Assembly (NCBI GenBank): GCA_040219135.1
Contig: JAVJTA010000021.1
Coordinates: 75,628-139,627, forward strand
Length of the DNA stretch: 64,000 bases
From: Pseudomonadales bacterium
GTDB lineage: Bacteria > Pseudomonadota > Gammaproteobacteria > Pseudomonadales > Azotimanducaceae
Direction of reading: 5' to 3'
The first letter of the stretch is position 1. Every line of letters begins with the position of its first letter. Of the stretch, positions 26,429-34,264 are shown piece by piece. Both the position numbers and the translations under genes were made by a program. The notes beneath the pieces are model-generated. The model saw nothing but the letters and a program-made list of their open reading frames with translations. It was not told the origin of the DNA and searched no databases.

Positions 26429-27547
26429 TCAGATGACCTCGAGCTGGTCCCGATCGGGTAGTCCCGGAAACGGCGCCGTCGGCAGCGCCTGATACCAGAA
26501 CGCCACCGAGGCGATGTCGTCCTGCAGCGGCAGATACTGACGGTCCCGATGGGTCCGCCAGCCGAGCGCCTGGATCGTGACCCGCAGGTCCTCCTCAAAC
26601 CGCACCGGGTCCATGATGTGCCAGCGGTACAGGCCGAAGCGCTGCTGTGAGGCGTACAGGCCGTCGGGACGGATCACCTGGGGCATGCCCGCATAGGGCG
26701 TGTTGAACTCCCGGTAACCCGGTGGCGGCCCACCGGGCTGCCGGCGTTCCATGCTGCCCGGATCGAAGTTATAGGCGCCGCAGAAGTAATCCTCGGTGCC
26801 GGTGCCGCAGATCGTCGGGAACTCACCGTCGCCGTCGAGGTAGAACTTGATCTCGCCCTCGCCCCACCAGCCGGCGTTGTTCACACCCCAGGCCATGTAC
26901 GTGCCGACGTAGTGCCCGTGGCCGCTGACCCGGTCGAGAATCGTGTAGACCTCTTTGTACGGCAGCGGGTTGGTGCGGCGGAACTGGGCGTGGAAGTACG
27001 CCGCGTCCTCGGGTACCTCGGTCAGCGTGTAGTTGATCTGGTAGTACACGTAGATCGGTTCGTCGCTCAGATTCTCGAGTGTCATGCGGGCGTGCGCGCG
27101 AAACGGCATCTCCCAGTAGCTGTTGAATGCCCGTCCGGGATTCACACAGACCGCCAGCGACGAAACCTGGGCATACCGCTCCCAGCCGCAGGCGAAGAAG
27201 TCGCCGGCCGGGCACTCGACGGACGGCTGCTCCTGACCGTCCCAGTAAGCGCGCAGAATCGTGTGGCGCCACTTGCCGCCCGCGAGGGTCATCCAGATCT
27301 GCTGGATGGCGCCGGGGCCCTCGATGTCCGCCAGCGCAACCGTCTGGCCGGGTTCGACGACGACGTACGGCGAAACTTTCCAGCCCTGGCCCAGCCCCCG
27401 TGCCGCATTGGCGGCCGGGCCGTCCGTGGACATCCCGCCCCGCCCCTTGGCACCGGTGAAGTTCTCCGGGCTGATGGACCGGCTGCGGGCACTGGACAGT
27501 CGGCTCAGATTGCCGAGGTGCAGACCCAATCCAGAAAAACCGCTCAT
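26429..27547 (-). CDS. DUF2961 / glycoside hydrolase family 172-like protein
   Basis: 372 aa with typical DUF2961 blocks: SISPENFTGAKG, GPGAIQQIWMT, NSYWEMPF, GTGTEDYF. Confidence 0.85.
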   Translation of the reverse strand: MSGFSGLGLHLGNLSRLSSARSRSISPENFTGAKGRGGMSTDGPAANAARGLGQGWKVSPYVVVEPGQTVALADIEGPGAIQQIWMTLAGGKWRHTILRAYWDGQEQPSVECPAGDFFACGWERYAQVSSLAVCVNPGRAFNSYWEMPFRAHARMTLENLSDEPIYVYYQINYTLTEVPEDAAYFHAQFRRTNPLPYKEVYTILDRVSGHGHYVGTYMAWGVNNAGWWGEGEIKFYLDGDGEFPTICGTGTEDYFCGAYNFDPGSMERRQPGGPPPGYREFNTPYAGMPQVIRPDGLYASQQRFGLYRWHIMDPVRFEEDLRVTIQALGWRTHRDRQYLPLQDDIASVAFWYQALPTAPFPGLPDRDQLEVI

Positions 27548-27670
27548 GGCACGTCCTCAGTGGTCCCTCAACGCCCTGCCCAGCATAAGGCCGAACCGTT
27601 CTCGATGAGACGCGTGTCGTCCGGCAGATCCTCTGATATCTTGGCTCTGAATCACATCGGTGTCAGGGCC

Positions 27671-28120
27671 ATGCAGAAAATTGGAGCGTCTGAGAAGGCG
27701 GCGTTCTTCGCCCAGGTCGACGAAGCCTGCAAGCAGGCCGTCTGGTGCGCGCTCGCCACCGTCGACGCGGATCAGCCCAGAGTGCGCATCGTCCATCCCA
27801 CCTGGGACGGCGACGTGCTCTGGTTCGCCACCGGGCCGCAATCGCCGAAGGCGAGACAGCTCAGAGAGAACCCTCATGTCGATATCCAGTACCAGGTCGC
27901 GCCCCCGAACTTCGTTCACGTGATGGTCCGGGGCACGGCCGAACTGGTCAGCGATCAGGCAACGAAGAACCACGCCTGGAACGCGATCGACTACGACCTG
28001 ACCCAGTTCGGCTCGACCGGGCCGGAAGACCCGAATTTTCTTCCGGTACGGATCACACCCACACGGGTGGAACTCTCAGAGATGTTCGGCTCGACGAACA
28101 AGCGCGTGTGGCGGCGCTGA
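27671..28120 (+). CDS. Pyridoxamine 5'-phosphate oxidase family (FMN-binding split barrel) protein
   Basis: ATG at 27671 gives 149 aa. Pattern: WCALATVDADQPRVRIVHPTWDGDVLWFATGPQSPKARQLRENPHVDIQY. Confidence 0.75.
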   Translation: MQKIGASEKAAFFAQVDEACKQAVWCALATVDADQPRVRIVHPTWDGDVLWFATGPQSPKARQLRENPHVDIQYQVAPPNFVHVMVRGTAELVSDQATKNHAWNAIDYDLTQFGSTGPEDPNFLPVRITPTRVELSEMFGSTNKRVWRR

Positions 28121-28157
28121 CCGGCACGCAGCCCGAGACCCCACTGCGCGGCCCGCC

Positions 28158-30329
28158 CTAAACCGGCATCAGGAAGTTCTTCGCGAAGCGCATGGTGCCC
28201 ACCAGCAACCCGCCGTCGCGGGCGTCGGATTCGACGATCAATATACCCTGCGGCTCCGCTTCTGAGCCGGACTGACTGCGACGCAGGTTGAAGCCGTTCA
28301 GGAAAACGTCCGCGAGCGTGAGGTGACTGTCGACGGAGAACCGCGCGTAGCGGTTCCAGGCAACCAGGCGCGCCGCCGGAATACTCCGGCGCACCTGCTC
28401 GGCCGTCGCCGGTTTGCCGCGCGTGCGCAGAATCAGCCGTCCGGGCCCGCCGCTGCAGCGTGCGGTGTGAAACACGATCCGGCCTAGCAGCAGGGTGGCC
28501 ACGCGCAGGCTGATCACCGTACGCAGCTGCACGTTGACGTTCATGGCGACGAAGTTGCGATAGCTGAACACGACCTCCTCGCCTTCCGCCATCTCCCAGT
28601 CGATGAGGTGCTCCGCCTCGATCGAGTTGAACGTCACGCCGTCCGGATCGTCGAGCGGCATCTCGACCCGGCTCATGTTCCAGGCACCGAAACGCAGGCG
28701 CGACATCACCGACGCGCGCCACTGCGGGATGCTGAATCGCGCCGCCGGCCCGAGCGGCTGATAGTTCGCCTTGTAGTAGATGTCGTACGGATAGTCGCCA
28801 GGGATGTTCACTTCCGTCGCGTGCCTGACAGTGCCCTCGGCGGGCACGCTGTCGGGTTCCAGCAGATCGACGTCGATGTCGGTGGACTTGTCGAAGATTA
28901 CCCGCGCAAACACGTAGAGGATGCTCTTGGTCGCCGCGACGACGAGCCACAGCAGCAGAATCTGGCGCACGACGTTGCTGGCGGAGCGCACGCGCTCGAT
29001 GGCCTGTCGCGTGCTCGTTTCCGCTGCATCCAGTTCCGCCGTGAGCGAATCACGCACGTCCGCGGTGAGCGTCCTGGCGTTGGAACTCGCCTCGCCCGCT
29101 CGCTCGTCGATGTAGTTCACGAACCGGGACTCCGCCCGCGCCCGGCCTTTGCCGTAGGCGGAATTGAGGCCCCTGATGACCATGTTGGCGGCTTCGCAAT
29201 CCAGCCACGGCGGATCGTAGCAGGGACTCGGTTCCATACCGGTGGTCTTCGGCACGATCGAAAACAAGCGCCGCGCTTCCGTGCCGGCACGCTTGTCGGC
29301 CTTCAGCGCGGCCGCATCGATGCTGCGCAGCATCTGCTGCAGCTCCCACCCGGCGACTTCGTAGCGACGCTGCACCGTCAGATCGAGGCTGTCGAAGAAA
29401 GCCAGCTCTGCGAGCGGCCACGCATCGCCCGCCTCGCCGTCGGGGCAGAGAAAGCGATGCCCGGGGGGCGCCAGCTCCTCGAATCGCTGCTCGCGCAGCC
29501 GGCAGGTCTGCCGATACTCGTCGCCCTCGGCGACATCGGGCATGGGCTCGCGATAGAACTCATCCGATCGCAATACCCGCTCGCCCTCGGGACACGGCAC
29601 CGCCGACTGCGCTTCCGCCGGATCCAGCGCGCAGTAGGGAACGACGTAGCCGCGTTCGTACATCAGCCGCTCGGTCGCGTCCGTGATCTGCGCGCTGAAC
29701 CACATGCCGATGGCGATCAGGATGAGCATGGGCCACCAGAGCGAAAGCGTGCGCCCGGTCAGGCTCAGCAGGTTGCTGCGGCCGAGATCGCGGGCCAGCG
29801 GCAGATTCTGGCGCACCGCTTCGACGACGAAGCGCGACGCCAGCGTTGCGGCCAGAAACACCACGACCTGCGGCAACGAGAGCAGATCGTCAAAGCGCTC
29901 CCAGACGACGAGCAACGTCATGAAAACCACGAACGGCAGAGACAGCGCCTCGCCGCGCAGCGCGAAGTACACGAAGACGATGAACGCGCTGACCAGATAG
30001 ACGGTATTGAGCCCCGCCAGGGACGCGCCGAAGCCACTGTCCGCCAGCAGCAGAGCCACGAAGGGGACAGCCGCGAGCGCCCGAAGGCCTCGTCGCGATC
30101 CCAGCGCGACGCCGGCCAGGAGCAACGCCAGGACTCCCGCGACGGGGCCGAACGGGTTCTCCACCGTCGGCAGAGCATAGCGACTCGTCAGGCCACCGAA
30201 CCACGAGAACGGAAACAGCAGGTCGGCCCGAAGTGCCGGCACGAGCCCCAGCAGCAGCCCCACCCAGAAGATGTCGTTGCGCCGTTCCTCGCTCAGCTTG
30301 CCGAAGACCGCCGGCGGGCGATCGCTCAT
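28158..30329 (-). CDS. Large multi-pass membrane protein of unknown function (723 aa)
   Basis: Clean ORF. About 6 N-terminal TM segments, a ~250-aa region with three Cys pairs, a coiled-coil-like stretch, one more TM (ILLLWLVVAATKSILYVFARVIF), then a ~240-aa beta-rich C-domain. No family recognised with confidence. Confidence 0.7.
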   Translation of the reverse strand: MSDRPPAVFGKLSEERRNDIFWVGLLLGLVPALRADLLFPFSWFGGLTSRYALPTVENPFGPVAGVLALLLAGVALGSRRGLRALAAVPFVALLLADSGFGASLAGLNTVYLVSAFIVFVYFALRGEALSLPFVVFMTLLVVWERFDDLLSLPQVVVFLAATLASRFVVEAVRQNLPLARDLGRSNLLSLTGRTLSLWWPMLILIAIGMWFSAQITDATERLMYERGYVVPYCALDPAEAQSAVPCPEGERVLRSDEFYREPMPDVAEGDEYRQTCRLREQRFEELAPPGHRFLCPDGEAGDAWPLAELAFFDSLDLTVQRRYEVAGWELQQMLRSIDAAALKADKRAGTEARRLFSIVPKTTGMEPSPCYDPPWLDCEAANMVIRGLNSAYGKGRARAESRFVNYIDERAGEASSNARTLTADVRDSLTAELDAAETSTRQAIERVRSASNVVRQILLLWLVVAATKSILYVFARVIFDKSTDIDVDLLEPDSVPAEGTVRHATEVNIPGDYPYDIYYKANYQPLGPAARFSIPQWRASVMSRLRFGAWNMSRVEMPLDDPDGVTFNSIEAEHLIDWEMAEGEEVVFSYRNFVAMNVNVQLRTVISLRVATLLLGRIVFHTARCSGGPGRLILRTRGKPATAEQVRRSIPAARLVAWNRYARFSVDSHLTLADVFLNGFNLRRSQSGSEAEPQGILIVESDARDGGLLVGTMRFAKNFLMPV

Positions 30330-30391
30330 ACGTCTATCCTCCTGACATTGAGGATAGACAACCAGGCGAGGAACGGACCGCCGAGGGCGCT

Positions 30392-30834
30392 TCAGTCAGC
30401 CAGTCGGGCGCCGATCTTCGGCAGGTCCTGCTGATAGGCCTCGGCGTCCCCGTAAGCGAAAAAGGCAGCCTCGCGCGGGTGCGTGTCACGAGGACGTCGC
30501 GCGTTCTTGATGGGACACCAGAACTGCTCGGTGCGCGCGGCCACCTCGCGCACGTAGGCGACCACGCCGTTTGCGTAGCTGCAGTACACGCAGTTGGCCT
30601 TCTCCACCGCGTTCAGGTACCCGAGCAGACGGCGATCGAACAGGAGGTAGTCGCGCCGCCGAACCCGCGCGATCCCGTAGATCCGGAAGCACACCTGCTG
30701 ATAGACGGTTACCCACAGGTCGATGAGCGTGAACGGCACGATCAGGCTGTAGATCAGGGGCGCAGTCAGCCGTGCAGCTCGGCTTCCATGTGCTGAAGCC
30801 GGTCGCGCAGCTCTTCGACTGCCGAATTTCTCAT
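30392..30834 (-). pseudogene. Small membrane protein with CxxC...C motif, reading frame split near 30767-30771
   Basis: ATG (top at 30834) opens MRNSAVEELRDRLQHMEAELHG, ending at TGA 30766-30768. The conserved body LTAPLIYSLIVPFTLIDLWVTVYQQVCFRIYGIARVRRRDYLLFDR...NCVYCSYANG...FWCPIKNA is in another frame and has no ATG, GTG or TTG start nearby. Confidence 0.55.
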
Positions 30835-30869
30835 GACGTCCCCAGCGGCGGGTGAGTTTTCCCGGTGAG

Positions 30870-31706
30870 CTACAGGACGTAGCCTTCGCCGGAAGCGCGG
30901 ACGGTGATCTCGGCGATGGAGACACCCCAGGGCTGATTGATGGCGTAGACGATCTGATCCGCCAGGCTCTCCGGATCCAGAGCGAAATAGCCGATGTCGT
31001 TGCGATCGAGCTCGTTGGCCGGCAGCTGGCCGGCGGCCCAGGCTTCGAACCGGGCATCGACATCGGCGGCATTGTGGCCCTTGATGCCGAGCGTCGCCTC
31101 GGGGTTGATGATGCCCGCCGCCAGGTTGGTGGCGGGCACTCCGGTGGGCCGGACTACGGTGACCTTGATGCGGCCCTGGCTCTCCACCCGAAGCGACTCC
31201 GAGAGGAAGTTGACGGCGGCTTTGGTCGCCCCGTACACGCCCGCGCCGGCCACCGGAAAATTGCCGTAAATCGACGACAGATTGATCACGTGGCCCCGGC
31301 CCTGGGCGATCATCTGATCGTAGACGGCGACGATGCCGTTGAGCACACCCTTGACGTTCACGTCGATGCACCGGTCCCAGGCGCCCATTGCCACCGCATG
31401 ATCGCGGTAGAACGCCAGCGGCATGGTGCCGGCGTTGTTCACGAGCACGTCGACGGCGCCGAAGCGGGTGATCGTAGCGGCCGCAAGCGTGACCATCTGG
31501 GCACTCGAGGTCACGTCCACGGCCTGGTAGGCGGCCTGTCCACCGGCCGCGCGGATACTTTCCGCGGTGGCGGCCGCCGCGGCGTCATCGATGTCGGCGC
31601 ACATGAGCCGGGCGCCCAGGGCCGCGCACTTCTGGCTGACGAGTCTTCCGAATCCGCTGCCGGCGCCGGTCACGAGGACGACGCGGTCTTTGATCGGCGG
31701 TGTCAT
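30870..31706 (-). CDS. SDR family oxidoreductase
   Basis: 278 aa from MTPPIKDRVVLVTGAGSGFG. Contains NNAG and a YGATK catalytic motif. Confidence 0.85.
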   Translation of the reverse strand: MTPPIKDRVVLVTGAGSGFGRLVSQKCAALGARLMCADIDDAAAAATAESIRAAGGQAAYQAVDVTSSAQMVTLAAATITRFGAVDVLVNNAGTMPLAFYRDHAVAMGAWDRCIDVNVKGVLNGIVAVYDQMIAQGRGHVINLSSIYGNFPVAGAGVYGATKAAVNFLSESLRVESQGRIKVTVVRPTGVPATNLAAGIINPEATLGIKGHNAADVDARFEAWAAGQLPANELDRNDIGYFALDPESLADQIVYAINQPWGVSIAEITVRASGEGYVL

Positions 31707-31785
31707 GTCAGCCCTCCTCTGCATCGGTCGTGGCAGGCATGATGACCCTTATGGCCGGGGCACGACACCCCGGACGCGCGGCCGC

Positions 31786-32268
31786 TCAGGACTCGCCGGA
31801 TTCCCCCGCCCGATAGGTCGTGTACAGGTAGATCGGGATGTCGAGATCACCGAGGTTCTTGTCCAGCAGAGGTCGAACCTCGTCCCAGCTGAGACCGCCC
31901 ACGCCGGTGGCGAGTCGCGGCAGCGCCAGGCTCTCGAACCCTTCCTTCTCGATCAGCTGGCGCAGATTGCGCAGCGCGGTATTCACATTGTGGGTGGTGG
32001 CCGGCCCCGGATGAGACTGTTTGGACGGCGGCGGCTCCTGGGTCATCAGGTTCACGATGCGTTTGCCATCCGCGCCCGCCCACGTCCAGAGCTCGCCGGG
32101 CTTTGGACTGCTGGTCTGGCAATAGTGACGGAAATCCTTGGCCATGGCCGGATAGCGCTCGCGCAGGCTCAAGGCGAGTCCCTGATTGAAATGGTCGCCG
32201 GGTGCCACGCCGTGGGCGATGACCTGGGCATCGCTGAGCAGAATGTCGCCGGATACTTCCTGAAACAT
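31786..32268 (-). CDS. Macro domain (ADP-ribose binding/processing) protein
   Basis: 160 aa. Pattern: GDILLSDAQVIAHGVAPGDHFNQGLALSL ... SLALPRLATGVGGLSWDEV. Confidence 0.8.
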   Translation of the reverse strand: MFQEVSGDILLSDAQVIAHGVAPGDHFNQGLALSLRERYPAMAKDFRHYCQTSSPKPGELWTWAGADGKRIVNLMTQEPPPSKQSHPGPATTHNVNTALRNLRQLIEKEGFESLALPRLATGVGGLSWDEVRPLLDKNLGDLDIPIYLYTTYRAGESGES

Positions 32269-32412
32269 CGATCGATCCCGTTTGTTGCTCGCAGCCGCAG
32301 ATCATCCGCGAGCAGCGCTCGGGCGCCTATAGGGGAATACCAGTGGCACAGCGAGGCAGCCCGGGCACCAGCGCGCTCCCATGGGCCGCCATCCGGAACC
32401 AGGGCGTTGTGC

Positions 32413-33210
32413 TCACGCCAGGGCGCGGAACACGATCCGCTCGTCCTTCCAGGGCTCGGGCGGCCGGTCCTCGCCGAACGCCTGCACCGCGACGCTCCTG
32501 AATCCGGCCACCGCGAGCATCAGCTCGATTTCCTTCTGGAAATACAGATTGATGTCGATCGTGTGGGTCTCCGCGGCCACCTCCACATCGCCCGCATACT
32601 GGCTTGCCCTGATCTCCAGCGTCGTGGTCTGAGCCAGCGGATCCAGGTCCCGCTGCCGCACCCGCAGTTCGAGATCGGTACCGTCGCTGGCCCGGCGCCG
32701 GTCGCCGCGGCTCGGCCAGGGGCGCGGCAGCTCGGGCCGTTCCACCCAGGCCTTCCAGCCCCGGGGGTCCTCGCGGTTCGGCAGGTGGTGATCGAGAATG
32801 AGCGCGCCGCCCGGCTCCAGATGGCCGCGGATGCGCCGCAACCCCTCCAGATCCTCGGCGCGGCTACCGCCCAGCCCGAAGGCTCCGCAGACGATCACCG
32901 TGCGGTAGCGTCGCGGCAGCCGCAGCTCGTGCATGGCCTGGTTGTGGAGTCTGACCGACAGCCCCTCGGCCTCCGCCGCCGTGCGACACCAGTCGAGCAT
33001 GTCCGGCGCGGCGTCGCTGCCGTCGGCATCGATGCCTGCGCGCAGGAGCGGCAGCAGCAGCCGCCCGGTGCCGCAGCCGGCGTCGAGGACCGGCTGGCCG
33101 GAGTCCTGGAGCGCGCGCTGGAACCAGGCGACGTCGTCGCCGCCCTGGTTGAACTCGGCCCACCAGCGGGCGACCAGACCGTGGTGCCAGGTTCTGGCCT
33201 GCGGGCTCAC
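32413..33210 (-). CDS. Class I SAM-dependent methyltransferase
   Basis: The GTG (complement of 33208-33210) overlaps the upstream stop (GTGA). 265 aa. Motif I is VLDAGCGTGRLLLPL. The longer track ORF is an Arg-rich extension. Confidence 0.8.
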   Translation of the reverse strand: MSPQARTWHHGLVARWWAEFNQGGDDVAWFQRALQDSGQPVLDAGCGTGRLLLPLLRAGIDADGSDAAPDMLDWCRTAAEAEGLSVRLHNQAMHELRLPRRYRTVIVCGAFGLGGSRAEDLEGLRRIRGHLEPGGALILDHHLPNREDPRGWKAWVERPELPRPWPSRGDRRRASDGTDLELRVRQRDLDPLAQTTTLEIRASQYAGDVEVAAETHTIDINLYFQKEIELMLAVAGFRSVAVQAFGEDRPPEPWKDERIVFRALA

Positions 33211-33677
33211 GGGTGCTGCCCCGCCCGGGCTGCGTGCCTGCTCCTGCGGAGCAGCCAGGGCGCCAGCGCGAACACGCCGAGCATCACCACGTACACGCCG
33301 CCGGCAATCGGATCGCGCTCGGTCAGATACTGGCCCACGGACAGGCCACGCAGCCACAGCACCACCGAGAACTCGACCGAAACCAGCAGCAGCAGCGCCA
33401 GAGCGCCGGACGCCAGGTGGCTCGATGGGCGCCGCGCGGGAAAGCGGCGGATGACGAATCGCGCCGCCAGATAGATCGCGATCAGCATGAGCGGCATCTC
33501 GACCAGCTCGGCCACCCGCTCTCCTGCGAGCGGAACCAGCCAGCTCACGCGGAGTATGCCCAGCGCGAAACCCACGGCGAAAACCAGCATGAAGTAGACG
33601 ACGCCCCGCACCACCGGACGGACCTTGGCCGGACGGAACGACGTGCGCGGGAGATCATCCGGGCTCGTAGAGGTCAC
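33207..33677 (-). CDS. Hypothetical 4-TM membrane protein
   Basis: 156-aa ORF with four hydrophobic helices. The start is uncertain: the GTG at 33677 overlaps the cupin gene by 23 nt, and an alternative GTG lies near 33617. Confidence 0.5.
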   Translation of the reverse strand: MTSTSPDDLPRTSFRPAKVRPVVRGVVYFMLVFAVGFALGILRVSWLVPLAGERVAELVEMPLMLIAIYLAARFVIRRFPARRPSSHLASGALALLLLVSVEFSVVLWLRGLSVGQYLTERDPIAGGVYVVMLGVFALAPWLLRRSRHAARAGQHP

Positions 33678-34221
33678 GCACAGACTCCGGGATCAGCTCC
33701 GGGCGGATGGCGATGCCGTGCTCCGCCGCGATCGCGCCGACCCGCGCATTCGCCTCCTCGGCGGTCGCCGGCGGCTGCTCCCGGAGGGAGACGGCTACCG
33801 CATCGAAGAAGTGCTCGAAGCCGCCCCGGGAAACGAAGAACAGCGTTCTCACCTGTTCGTCGCTGGCGTTCCAGAAGGCGTGCACGGTGCCGCGGGTGAG
33901 CGCGGCCAGCGTACCCGGGCCGGCCTCGACGGTGCGATCGCCGAGCAGCAGGGTCAGCGTGCCGTCGAGCACGTAGGCGTACTCATCCTCGTGCGTATGC
34001 TCGTGGGGCGGCGCGCCGCCGGACCTGGGCGGGACCACGAACTCGTAGATGGAAGCACCCCCTTCGCTGCCTGTTTCACTGAGCAGCAGCCGGGTCTCGT
34101 GAAACGGCACGGCCACACTGCGCCCTTCACCAGCCGGGACGACCACGGGCTCGTGGGCGGAGGCAGAGGCGGCGAAGGCCGCCGTCGTGATCAGCAGTGG
34201 TGCCCAGAACGTCCGTGCCAT
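33655..34221 (-). CDS. Exported cupin domain protein
   Basis: 188 aa from MARTFWAPLLITTAAFAASASA (signal peptide). Cupin metal motif PPHEHTHEDEYAYVLDG ... GTVHAF. Confidence 0.75.
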   Translation of the reverse strand: MARTFWAPLLITTAAFAASASAHEPVVVPAGEGRSVAVPFHETRLLLSETGSEGGASIYEFVVPPRSGGAPPHEHTHEDEYAYVLDGTLTLLLGDRTVEAGPGTLAALTRGTVHAFWNASDEQVRTLFFVSRGGFEHFFDAVAVSLREQPPATAEEANARVGAIAAEHGIAIRPELIPESVRDLYEPG

Positions 34222-34264
34222 CCAGCCCTCGTCTCTCGCAACGGTTGTGTCTCCGGCTTTTACC

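Noticed and set aside
31786-32268. Macro domain gene considered as the antitoxin half of a DarTG-like toxin-antitoxin or defence pair
   Set aside because: No DarT-like or other ADP-ribosyltransferase ORF is adjacent. The neighbours are a methyltransferase and an SDR.
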